The notes under the pieces are model-generated. The model had not been told where the DNA came from. It was given only the letters and a program-made list of their open reading frames with translations, and did no database searches. The translations under genes were made by a program, and so were the position numbers. This document shows, piece by piece, positions 22,537 through 31,218 of a stretch of DNA of 32,000 nucleotides; the first letter of the stretch is position 1, and every line of letters starts with the position of its first letter. Origin of the DNA: Acaryochloris marina MBIC11017 (GTDB lineage: Bacteria; Cyanobacteriota; Cyanobacteriia; Thermosynechococcales; Thermosynechococcaceae); assembly GCF_000018105.1 (NCBI RefSeq), contig NC_009925.1, positions 4,620,001-4,652,000 of the forward strand, given 5' to 3'.

Positions 22537-25500
22537 AGTGGGCGGTAGTTTAGGCTACGACCACCCTTCTTACGTCACCCGCCAAGCCGATCATGACCTG
22601 TTAGCAGCCCTCAATCAGGGAGATTTCTGCTATGTCTTCAACAGTCGCCAAATGGGAAAGTCAAGCCTGAAAGTCCGGGCGATGCATCATCTAGCAGATC
22701 AGCATCACTCCTGTGTCTCTATGGATATGACCTTGCCAGGCAGCCAAGTGCAGGAACAACAGTGGTATGCCAGTCTGATGGTTCAACTCTGGCAGGGATT
22801 AGCTCTGACGGACCAGCTTAACCTTAAGCAATGGCTACAAGCCCAAGATTATTTATCCCCTGTACAGCAACTGAAGCACTTTATCGATGAAGTGTTATAT
22901 CAGCATGTTCCTGATCGTAAAATTTTTATCTTTATTGACGAAATCGATAAAATTCTCAGTCTTCCGTTTTCCGTCGATGATTTTTTTGCCTTAATCCGCT
23001 GGTTTTACAATCAACGGGCAGAGAATGCCAGTTATAACCGATTAACCTTTGCCCTATTTGGGGTTGCGACCCCTTCCGATCTGATTCAGGATAAAACCCA
23101 GACCCTGTTTAATATTGGCCATGCCATTGAACTGGCTGGCTTCACCCCTGAAGAAGCGAGACCGCTCCAGGGAGGATTGCAGCCTTATGTGTCCAATACC
23201 GAAGCGGCCTTACAAGCCATAGTGGCCTGGACAGGAGGACAACCTTTTTTATCGCAAAAGCTATGTCAATTGGTGATCCAGCAGCAGACTAATATCCCTG
23301 CGGGGCAAGAAGAAGCTAGCATTGCAGCATTGGTGCGATCGCACATCATCGATCATTGGTCTACCCAAGACGAGCCCGTCCATTTACGCACGATTCGAGA
23401 TCGACTCCAGCATCATCCGGCCCGCACGGGACAGCTCCTAGGGCTGTATCGTCAGATCCTAGACCAAGACTCCGTAATTGCTGATGGCAGTACAGCCCAC
23501 AGTGAACTCCAGCTATCAGGGTTAGTGGTCAATCGTCAGGGGCAACTCACCGTCTATAATCGCATCTATCGTCATATCTTTACCCCCGCCTGGATAGAAC
23601 AGGAACTGGCCGCCCTTCGCCCTTATGCTGAAATGATGCAGGCCTGGGAACGATCAGACCGCCAAGATACCTCACGCCTTCTACGGGGTCAGGCCTTACA
23701 AGATGCCTTGGACTGGTCCCAAGAGCAGCAGCTCAGCAACCAGGATTACCAATTCCTAGCAGCGAGTCAGGCGCTAGATAAGCAAATCGCCATTGATAAT
23801 GAGCGGAAAGCGAGAGACCTAGAGCGTCTGAGTACCCAACTTGATGCCGAAAAACAAGCCAAACAGACTCTAGCTGCTGCCTATGCGGATGCCAAACGGA
23901 AACTAAGACTAGGGACTGGCATTCTGACTTTGTCCTTAATCGGAGCCATTTCGACGTCTATTTGGGTCAACCATGCCTTGCAGCAGCAGCAAATCGCCCA
24001 AACCCAGTCCATTGAATGGGCTGGTAAAAGTGCACTCCAGCAATTTGACTTTGACCAGGTTTCGGCCCTGCTCACAGCCCTGGAAGCAGGGCAAAATCTC
24101 CGGCCTCTGGTGAGTCAACATCAGTCTTTACAGAACTATCCCACCACCACGCCCCTCATCGCCTTACAGGAGATTTTGCAGCATATTTGGGAGCGGAATC
24201 GGTTAGAAGGTCATGCTGCTACGGTCAATAGCATCAGCTTTAGTCCCGATGGCCAGTCAATGGCCACCGCCTCCCGGGATGGTACGGCCCGACTATGGAA
24301 CCTACAGGGCCAAACCCAAACAATTCTCACGGGGCACCAAGGTGATGTCTACAATATTGCCTTTAGTCCTGATGGCCAGCGCCTTGCCACCGCCTCTCAG
24401 GATCGAACCATTCGTCTGTGGACTCGGTCGGGGCAAACGGTACGGATCTTGCAGGGACATCAAGGCGATATCTATGACTTGAGCTGGAGCGGAGACGGTA
24501 ATTATATCGCCTCAGCCTCGAAGGATGGCACCGCTATTGTCTTCGATCGCCAAGGGAATCAACGGGTGCGATTTCAACAGCACCAAGACTCGATCTATGC
24601 CATTAGTATTAGTCCCGACAGCCAGAAGATTGCTACCACCTCTCGAGATGGGACCCTTCGTATCTGGACCCCTACGGGTAAGCAGCTCTTGGTGCTAAAA
24701 GGGCATCAAGGTGCAATCTATGATGTCAGCTTTAGCCCCGATGGTCAGCAACTTGTCACGGCGGGGGCAGATCAAACGGTACGATTGTGGAGCATCCAAG
24801 GCAACCCTATAAAAATCTTTAGAGGCCACCAGGGAGCGGTCTATGACGTCAGCTTTAGTGCAACGGGGCAGTGGCTAGCCTCTGCCTCCGGTGATAAAAC
24901 CATTCGATTATGGGATCAATCGGGGCAGGCGTTACAGGTTTTAAGGGGGCACCAAGGCGCGGTCTATAGCGCTCAGTTTAGTCCCCAAGGGAACCTTCTC
25001 GCGACCACCTCCAATGACGAAGATAGTGCTCATATCTGGCAGGTTCGGTCTGCTTGGCTGGCCCAACAACAGCGGCAACTTCAGGGTAGAATCTCCAGTT
25101 TGAGTTTCAGTATAGACAGCCCGGATCTGATCACCGCTTGGGAAAAAGGTTCTTTGTCCATCGGGAACCCTACTCAATCCACCTTCAAACGCCTAAACAG
25201 TCAAGTCAAGGCCGTTACGAGTCTAAGCTTCCAGGCACACCAACAGCTCCTGGTCGCAGCCACCAAGCAAGGTACCGTTCACCTCTACAAAAAAGACCAG
25301 AGCCTCCAAACCTTCCCAGCCCACAAAGATACCATCTACAATATCCAACTCAACCCTCAGAAGAATCTGATTGCAACCGCCTCCAGGGATGAAACCGTCA
25401 AACTATGGAATTACAAGGGAGAGCAGCAAGCCTTACTAAAAGGCCATACTGGGGCGGTTTATACCGTTCGCTTTAGTCCCGACGGGCAGCTTCTCATGAC

Positions 25501-26020
25501 CACATCTGAGGATGGTACGGCTCGCTTATGGACCCTAACCGGGAATTTGATAGCTCAACTGCCGGATCACCAAGGGGCGGTGTATGACGGTCGCTTTAGT
25601 CCTGATGGCCAGACCCTCGCGACTGCATCAGAAGATGGCCAAATTCGTCTGTGGACGCGTCAGGGTCAACAGATTTCTGCTTTTCGCAATTACCCCAGTT
25701 CCGTGTATCGCTTACGGTTTAGTCCCAATGGCCAACGCATCGCCACTGGCTCAACGGATGGCAATATCCAACTCTGGGACTTACAAGGCAACCTCCAAAT
25801 GGAATTTGATGGTCACGCTACAGTCATCCAAGATCTTAGCTTTGACCTCCAGGGCCAGCAATTAACGTCCGTTGCCAATGACGGATCCATTCAGACTTGG
25901 CAGCTGTCTGAGACCCCTCAAGCCCATTTAGATGCTTTACTTCAGCGAGGTTGCGATTGGCTAGCTGACTATTTAGACCGTCATCCTCAGGAACAGTTAT
26001 CTGTCTGCCAAGAGCCATAG
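22517..26020 (+). CDS. P-loop NTPase - coiled coil - hydrophobic helix - 14x WD40 repeat protein, 1167 aa
   Basis: YKVGGSLGYDHPSYVTRQADHDLL...FCYVFNSRQMGKSSL (Walker A); IFIFIDEIDKIL (Walker B); DDFFALIRWFYNQRA; TGGQPFLSQKLC. Hydrophobic helix LGTGILTLSLIGAISTSIWV. Then 14 units of GHQGxVYxxxFSPDGQxLATASxDxTxRLW type. The ATG overlaps the upstream gene by 20 nt. Confidence 0.9.
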   Translation: MNSTAYKVGGSLGYDHPSYVTRQADHDLLAALNQGDFCYVFNSRQMGKSSLKVRAMHHLADQHHSCVSMDMTLPGSQVQEQQWYASLMVQLWQGLALTDQLNLKQWLQAQDYLSPVQQLKHFIDEVLYQHVPDRKIFIFIDEIDKILSLPFSVDDFFALIRWFYNQRAENASYNRLTFALFGVATPSDLIQDKTQTLFNIGHAIELAGFTPEEARPLQGGLQPYVSNTEAALQAIVAWTGGQPFLSQKLCQLVIQQQTNIPAGQEEASIAALVRSHIIDHWSTQDEPVHLRTIRDRLQHHPARTGQLLGLYRQILDQDSVIADGSTAHSELQLSGLVVNRQGQLTVYNRIYRHIFTPAWIEQELAALRPYAEMMQAWERSDRQDTSRLLRGQALQDALDWSQEQQLSNQDYQFLAASQALDKQIAIDNERKARDLERLSTQLDAEKQAKQTLAAAYADAKRKLRLGTGILTLSLIGAISTSIWVNHALQQQQIAQTQSIEWAGKSALQQFDFDQVSALLTALEAGQNLRPLVSQHQSLQNYPTTTPLIALQEILQHIWERNRLEGHAATVNSISFSPDGQSMATASRDGTARLWNLQGQTQTILTGHQGDVYNIAFSPDGQRLATASQDRTIRLWTRSGQTVRILQGHQGDIYDLSWSGDGNYIASASKDGTAIVFDRQGNQRVRFQQHQDSIYAISISPDSQKIATTSRDGTLRIWTPTGKQLLVLKGHQGAIYDVSFSPDGQQLVTAGADQTVRLWSIQGNPIKIFRGHQGAVYDVSFSATGQWLASASGDKTIRLWDQSGQALQVLRGHQGAVYSAQFSPQGNLLATTSNDEDSAHIWQVRSAWLAQQQRQLQGRISSLSFSIDSPDLITAWEKGSLSIGNPTQSTFKRLNSQVKAVTSLSFQAHQQLLVAATKQGTVHLYKKDQSLQTFPAHKDTIYNIQLNPQKNLIATASRDETVKLWNYKGEQQALLKGHTGAVYTVRFSPDGQLLMTTSEDGTARLWTLTGNLIAQLPDHQGAVYDGRFSPDGQTLATASEDGQIRLWTRQGQQISAFRNYPSSVYRLRFSPNGQRIATGSTDGNIQLWDLQGNLQMEFDGHATVIQDLSFDLQGQQLTSVANDGSIQTWQLSETPQAHLDALLQRGCDWLADYLDRHPQEQLSVCQEP
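24209..25910 (+). repeat. Coding tandem repeats (~123-nt period) for 14 WD40 blades
   Basis: GGxCAxCAAGGxG...TTTAGTCCxGATGGxCAG recurs every ~41 codons. Blades 8-9 are degenerate. Confidence 0.8.
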
Positions 26021-26038
26021 CCTCTAAGCCATAGGCTA

Positions 26039-26605
26039 TTATGGTGCGGTTTTCTTAGGCGCTTTCTTGAAAAACATGGTGGGGGGTAAATCTTCTTCAG
26101 CTGGGGGCATCGTATTATTCATGCCAGATTGAGCAACATGTTCCTTGGTCAGAGTGGCGTGAGGATTGAAAGTATGGGGAAGGGTACTGCGAATATCGAT
26201 GCCTTCGACACTCACCTGGTTTAGCCCCGATGAAGACAAGGTTAGCAAACGATAGGACGCTTTAACATTCCCTAGCATGACAGCATCCCCCTCGATCAAA
26301 GTATGAGAGGTCGTCCGTTCACCATTAACGACGACACCATTGGTGCTCAGCTTACCCGTTGCATCTCCATCGACAATTCGGTAGCTATAACCAGAACTAT
26401 TAGTCCCGGGGATACGCAATAGCATGGCATGAAAACGGGATACTGCTTTGGACGCAGGCAACACAATGGAATTTTTTTTATCTCGCCCTAGAGAATAGGT
26501 GGGGGACTCTAACAATACACAGCGAATCCCCTCTTCTTCTTCAATCATCAACACATGACAATCTTGGGTAACCACTGTCGGCAGTGCTGGAGCTTGTACA
26601 TTCAT
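26039..26605 (-). CDS. FHA-domain protein, 188 aa
   Basis: YSLGRDKKNSIVLPASKAVSRFHAML...DGDATGKLSTNGVVVNGERT...LIEGDAVMLG shows the canonical G-R...S-R-x-H...S-x-N-G FHA pattern. Confidence 0.85.
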   Translation of the reverse strand: MNVQAPALPTVVTQDCHVLMIEEEEGIRCVLLESPTYSLGRDKKNSIVLPASKAVSRFHAMLLRIPGTNSSGYSYRIVDGDATGKLSTNGVVVNGERTTSHTLIEGDAVMLGNVKASYRLLTLSSSGLNQVSVEGIDIRSTLPHTFNPHATLTKEHVAQSGMNNTMPPAEEDLPPTMFFKKAPKKTAP

Positions 26606-26801
26606 AATGTCTGTTTTAGAAGAAGAACGGCGAATGGACGGCCATTATTGGCTTTAGTCTTAAGGTAAAAGCGCAATGCAGTCTGGTGCCACCGTAAAAA
26701 CTCGTAAGTTTGGGTCCTTACTACCTAAAAGGAGAAAATCCTCTGTAGATATCAATACTCTACGCAGGGCGAAATCGTCACCACCTGCGTTCTACACCAG
26801 T

Positions 26802-27326
26802 TTAGAGCCCGAGTATAAAACTATCCCGTCGATGGAAATCAGCCTCAGATCCTGGATGACATAACGCCCAGTAAGTCAGGGACTGCTCATGCGATTGAAT
26901 CACGGCACAAATCCCCACGCCTAAGGTCGGAGAAGCCACCATTATCTGGTTGAGATCAAAGGTTAAAGATAATGTGAGGGCGGTCTGCTGGTGATGGACA
27001 TGGAACGGCAGTTCTGTGATCCCCTCAACCTCCTGTAAGCCTTGGCGGTAAGCCTCCAGGTGAAAGACATTCCAATGTCCCGCAGGGGAGAGATTAAACT
27101 CCCAATAATGAGGTTGGTGAGGCTGCCCTAGAAAAAATTCCAGACAGGTCGCCTCCCACAAATCAAATTGGCGAGTCGGTAATGACGGCGAGGGAATCAT
27201 CACCTGATCTAAATGGCCAGAGACTGTGTATGCGATCGCAAGTTGATTCCCCTCTCGCTCTAAGGTACCGGTAATCGTGATATCGGGGTGGGGGTCGCCA
27301 AAGGGCTGCAGGGAAAAGGCAGTCAT
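26802..27326 (-). CDS. Conserved hypothetical protein, possibly a DOMON/CBM9-like beta-sandwich, 174 aa
   Basis: ATGA start/stop overlap with the upstream kinase gene. WEATCLEFFLGQP...YWEFNLSPAGHWNVF resembles the W..D.VE.F..P....Y.E..v.P.G pattern. The fold call is tentative. Confidence 0.55.
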   Translation of the reverse strand: MTAFSLQPFGDPHPDITITGTLEREGNQLAIAYTVSGHLDQVMIPSPSLPTRQFDLWEATCLEFFLGQPHQPHYWEFNLSPAGHWNVFHLEAYRQGLQEVEGITELPFHVHHQQTALTLSLTFDLNQIMVASPTLGVGICAVIQSHEQSLTYWALCHPGSEADFHRRDSFILGL

Positions 27327-28432
27327 CGCAAAGATTGGATCAGGGCTTGAATCGCTTCGGATTGGGTTTCGATACTCTCTGTCAGCTTGAACTGGACTAA
27401 AGCTCGGTTGAGATTATGGTCTGGATGGTTGACTTTGAAATAGACATTGCCCGCCAGGTAGTCCGTAAAAAAGCGTAGCCCCAGTTCAAAGGCAATCAGA
27501 CGAATCGCATCATAGAGGTAGTCATAATCATCTTCTGTGAGGAAGGACTGGGCCACCGCCAAATACCCTTGTAAAATCCGCTGGCACATTTTGAGGTCAA
27601 AGTGAACCATTTCCCACTGTTCCGTTTCTTCCCCCAAGGGGTTACAGCCTGACCGTAGACAGTCGCCAATATCGTAGTGAATGAGTCCAGGCTTGACCGT
27701 ATCAAGATCGATGACACTCACTGCTTGCTGAGTATCTGTATCCATCAAGATGTTGTTAATCTTAGGATCGCCATGCATCAGGCGAAGACGAAGTTTGCCC
27801 TCCGCTTTCGCCGTTTCAAGGATATTGGTATCTTGTTTGCGATCGCACACAAATTGCAGGCAATACTCCACTTCAGGCGTCAACTCAACCCGGGTATCCT
27901 GCACCTGCTCAAACTGCTGTAAATATTGAGGGGTAATATGAAATCCCTCTAGGGTATCCGCCAGCTGCTCCGCTGGTAGATCGCTAATTAGATGGTGAAA
28001 CATCCCCAAGGCATAGCCCACCTCTTCCGCCTGATCAGGAGTCGTGATTTCCTGAAGGGCGTGGGCCGTTTCCACAAAGCTCATGGCCCGCCAAAAGTCC
28101 CCATTCGGACTGACCCAATGATCTTGACGGTCGGAGGTCAGCAGGACTTGGGGCACTTCCCAACGGCGTTGGCATCCATCGGTTTGCAATCGCTGGCAGA
28201 CATGCTCCGAATAGGTGCGAATATTCCGCATCACCAATTGAGGTTGCTGAAATACCTGGGTATTAATGCGCTGCAGAATGAACCGTTGGTCCGTTACCGT
28301 ATCTAAGGTGACCAGAAACGTACTGTTGATATTGCCTTGACCAAATTCTTGGACATCAACAATGGTCCCGGCAGATTTGAATTGTTCGGCGACGAGCCAA
28401 GGGGACGAACCAGGGGGGAGAGGATCACTCAT
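27323..28432 (-). CDS. APH/choline-kinase-fold phosphotransferase (small-molecule kinase family), about 369 aa
   Basis: Brenner motif LMHGDPKINNIL and the metal-binding VIDLDTV...YDIGD. The ATG at 28432 (a TTG at 28444 is also possible) lies 12 nt after the Ser/Thr kinase stop. Confidence 0.8.
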   Translation of the reverse strand: MSDPLPPGSSPWLVAEQFKSAGTIVDVQEFGQGNINSTFLVTLDTVTDQRFILQRINTQVFQQPQLVMRNIRTYSEHVCQRLQTDGCQRRWEVPQVLLTSDRQDHWVSPNGDFWRAMSFVETAHALQEITTPDQAEEVGYALGMFHHLISDLPAEQLADTLEGFHITPQYLQQFEQVQDTRVELTPEVEYCLQFVCDRKQDTNILETAKAEGKLRLRLMHGDPKINNILMDTDTQQAVSVIDLDTVKPGLIHYDIGDCLRSGCNPLGEETEQWEMVHFDLKMCQRILQGYLAVAQSFLTEDDYDYLYDAIRLIAFELGLRFFTDYLAGNVYFKVNHPDHNLNRALVQFKLTESIETQSEAIQALIQSLR

Positions 28433-28444
28433 GGGGCTAAACAA

Positions 28445-29935
28445 TCAAAGGAACTGAGATAAAACACCATAAATCAGTCGAAACACGAGGCTCAGGGTCA
28501 TCAACACTAAACCAGACACCACCCCCAGCAACAGAATAGATTGAATCGGATTACCCCCCTGCAGCGCCGGCACAAAGAAGATAATCACCAAGGTCAGTCC
28601 GGCAATGATCACCAGATCAACCCGTTCAATCCATTGCTGCAATTGACAGTAGACCAAAACCGCCACTAGACCTAACCAAAAGCCACCGCTGATCAGAGTC
28701 GTGCCCAAAAAACTCGTCAGCGCTACCGCCAACAAGCCGCCTTCAAACCCCGTAAAAGCTGCTCCTCCTAACATTCGAACAATGGAAAAGGACGGCGGTG
28801 GCGATTTGACGCGAACAGGGGCCGGAGCGGCAGGATTGGCGGCCTGCGGGGGCGGCTTTTGCGGGGCAGGTGCTGAGGGGGCAGGTGCAGGAGCTGGTGG
28901 GGCCGGAGCTGGCGGAGATTGGGGGACAGGCTGACTATAGTTGAGGGGTTGGCCTAGATTAGAGTGGGGCTGACCCAAAGCAGCCAGAACTTCAGCGGCA
29001 GACTGAAAGCGTTTTTGGGGTGACGTTTCTAAGATTTGATCCAAAATCAGCGCTAGACGATCGCTGATCTGAACATAGGGTCGCCATTTCCACTGATTGT
29101 GAGACGTATCGAATAAGTCGTTGGGGGCTTTCCCCGTTAGCAAGACAATACAGGTGACGGCCAAGGCATATAAATCAGAGGAAGGGAACACCTGATTCCC
29201 GTGGGTTTGCTCTGGTGGCGCATAAAAGGGGGTGTAGATGCTGGTGGCCTTACTAGGAGTCGGCGCGGCCACATTCGCCACTTGCTTCACGGCCCCGAAA
29301 TCCAGGAGATACAGCAAGCCATTGCCCGTTTGGGTCATATTGGTGTGGGTATGGCGCATGATATTCGACGGCTTGATATCCCGATGAATTGAGCCATTCT
29401 CATGGACAAACTGCAGCACAGGTAAAAGCTCTTGCAGCAGTTCGAGGATTTCTTTTTCCTGGAACTGAGTTTTGTCCTCTAACTCTTCCTCCAATGTTTT
29501 GCCGTTGATAAATTCTTGGACTAGATAGAAAAAATCTTCAGCAGGTTGTGAGCCTCGACCAGAGACCGGTAATTCAAAGAAGGCAAATAGATCTGGAATT
29601 TGCGGATGACGACCCAACTTTTCTAAAACTTCGGCTTCCCGCTGAAATAAACTTTGGGCCATTTGCATCTGGCTTGGCCCTAATCCTGTGGGTTGAAACT
29701 GCTTCACCACACATTCTCGTAAGCCCGGCGTGTAGCGATCGCAAGCTAGATACGCAGCGCCAAATCCGCCTTTGGCCAGCAGTCGCGATGGTAAATACCG
29801 GCCGATCAGGATCAACGGCATACCACAGCTTAAGCAAAACTTTTGCTGTACGGTTTTGAGGGTTTGGGGATCATCCAGGTCAGCGAAATAGTTATTCGGA
29901 CGCTGACAATTTGGGCGGGTACAGTAAATCTCCAT
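28445..29935 (-). CDS. Membrane Ser/Thr protein kinase with an N-terminal 4-Cys zinc-ribbon prefix and a Pro/Ala-rich linker, 496 aa
   Basis: CTRPNC...CLSCG; GGFGAAYLA...VVKQF; HRDIKPSNIM; DFG; APPE. The linker is PAPAPPAPAPAPSAPAPQKPPP. About 4 C-terminal TM helices. Confidence 0.9.
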   Translation of the reverse strand: MEIYCTRPNCQRPNNYFADLDDPQTLKTVQQKFCLSCGMPLILIGRYLPSRLLAKGGFGAAYLACDRYTPGLRECVVKQFQPTGLGPSQMQMAQSLFQREAEVLEKLGRHPQIPDLFAFFELPVSGRGSQPAEDFFYLVQEFINGKTLEEELEDKTQFQEKEILELLQELLPVLQFVHENGSIHRDIKPSNIMRHTHTNMTQTGNGLLYLLDFGAVKQVANVAAPTPSKATSIYTPFYAPPEQTHGNQVFPSSDLYALAVTCIVLLTGKAPNDLFDTSHNQWKWRPYVQISDRLALILDQILETSPQKRFQSAAEVLAALGQPHSNLGQPLNYSQPVPQSPPAPAPPAPAPAPSAPAPQKPPPQAANPAAPAPVRVKSPPPSFSIVRMLGGAAFTGFEGGLLAVALTSFLGTTLISGGFWLGLVAVLVYCQLQQWIERVDLVIIAGLTLVIIFFVPALQGGNPIQSILLLGVVSGLVLMTLSLVFRLIYGVLSQFL

Positions 29936-29961
29936 TGAAGAGTTGCAGCTACTCGCAAAAA

Positions 29962-30951
29962 CTAGTTAGTGGCAGAGGTAACGAGTTCAGCATCGTCAGA
30001 TGAGTTGGCAATCCTTTTTAGATCTGAGGATAAGGTACTAAACTTGGGCAAAATCTCTGAGATAAAAATCTCCGCCGCTTTGGACCGATATCGATTGGGA
30101 TTGATAATCAGAGATAATATCCTCTTTATAGCAACGTTCTCAATTTTTACCCGCTTTAGACTACCCAGCTCCAGTTCTTTTTCAATGGCAGAGGTAGAGA
30201 CAAAAGCAGCGCCTAGCCCTGACTGGACGGCATTCTTAATGGCTTCAATGGAATTCAGTTCCATTTCAATTTTTAACAAACGAGGATCAATATTGCCCCG
30301 GGTCAGAATTTGATCAATCACCTTACGAATCGTGGACTGGGCATCTAGGGTGATAAAGCTAAGCTTGTACAGATCTTCTCGTTGAATCACTGCAGACTCA
30401 GCAAGAGGATGGGACTCTGGCAAAATCAAGGCCAGCTCATCTTCAGCATAGGCCGTCATCGTCAAAGATTCTTGCAGCTCCAACGGAACTTCGCCGCCAA
30501 TAATCGCTAAATCGACTTGCCCGTTGACAATACTCCAGCAAGTGCGGCGAGTGGAATGAACATGGAGCTGAACGGCTACATCTGGATAAGCTTGGCGGAA
30601 TAATCCGATAAGACGGGGCATTAGGTAGGTTCCCGTCGTCTGACTCGCTCCAATCACGAGGGTGCCCCCCTGCAGGTTCTGCAAATCTTCGATGGCCCGG
30701 CAGGTTTCCTGGCAGAGCGCTAAAATTTTATCGCCATAGTCCAACAAGAGATGACCTGCTTCAGTCAACTGGGCTCGTCGTCCCCCTCGATCAAAAAGAG
30801 GGACAGCTAGCTGGCGCTCTAAGTTTTGGACTTGAAGGCTAACGGCAGGTTGAGAAACATATAGGCTATCAGCGGCACGCTTAAAACTCCCCTCCGCAGC
30901 AATCGCTTTGAGAATGCGGAGTTGATCCAGCGTAAACGGAAGGTCAGACAT
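29962..30951 (-). CDS. rbcR: LysR-family transcriptional regulator, RbcR/Ycf30 type, 329 aa
   Basis: [45 protein letters not shown]...[15 protein letters not shown]...[30 protein letters not shown] closely follows the Synechocystis RbcR / plastid Ycf30 sequences as I remember them. Confidence 0.8.
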   Translation of the reverse strand: MSDLPFTLDQLRILKAIAAEGSFKRAADSLYVSQPAVSLQVQNLERQLAVPLFDRGGRRAQLTEAGHLLLDYGDKILALCQETCRAIEDLQNLQGGTLVIGASQTTGTYLMPRLIGLFRQAYPDVAVQLHVHSTRRTCWSIVNGQVDLAIIGGEVPLELQESLTMTAYAEDELALILPESHPLAESAVIQREDLYKLSFITLDAQSTIRKVIDQILTRGNIDPRLLKIEMELNSIEAIKNAVQSGLGAAFVSTSAIEKELELGSLKRVKIENVAIKRILSLIINPNRYRSKAAEIFISEILPKFSTLSSDLKRIANSSDDAELVTSATN

Positions 30952-31218
30952 GGGGGATGACCTGCATGTAAGACAATAAAAATCGTCCAGTAATCAAGAT
31001 ATTCTAAGTTAACCGCAAAACGTAGCGGGTCGCACTGTTTGTTGATTCTTGCATACCCACCGAGCAGGGTTCAGATAACAAACCTCTGGCCCGGATAGCA
31101 AGATTAAAACCCCTGAAAACCTTTCTAAGACTACTCATGTTAGATATTTAGGGTTGGTGAAGCGCAATCTTTAAGTTTTGTTTCCTAACGGGTCACTCAA
31201 CCCTGCAAAAGCCTGGAA

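Noticed and set aside
24209-25910. Regular ~123-nt periodic repeats that could superficially suggest a repeat array or CRISPR
   Set aside because: They are in frame within one long ORF and encode WD40 blades. There are no short identical repeats separated by unique spacers.
23881-26018. Multiple 60-93-aa ORFs on both strands within the WD40 gene
   Set aside because: They are shadow frames of a repeat-rich coding region.
26676-26864. 62-aa + strand ORF between the FHA and DOMON-like genes
   Set aside because: It overlaps the 3' end of the minus-strand gene and has a basic, low-complexity product with no motif. The region is more likely the FHA gene promoter.
27496-29859. ORFs in alternate frames or strands inside the APH-fold kinase and Ser/Thr kinase genes (e.g. 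27677-27922, 27992-28306, 28701-28934, 29548-29859)
   Set aside because: They are shadows. 28701-28934 is the Gly/Ala-rich antisense of the Pro/Ala linker.
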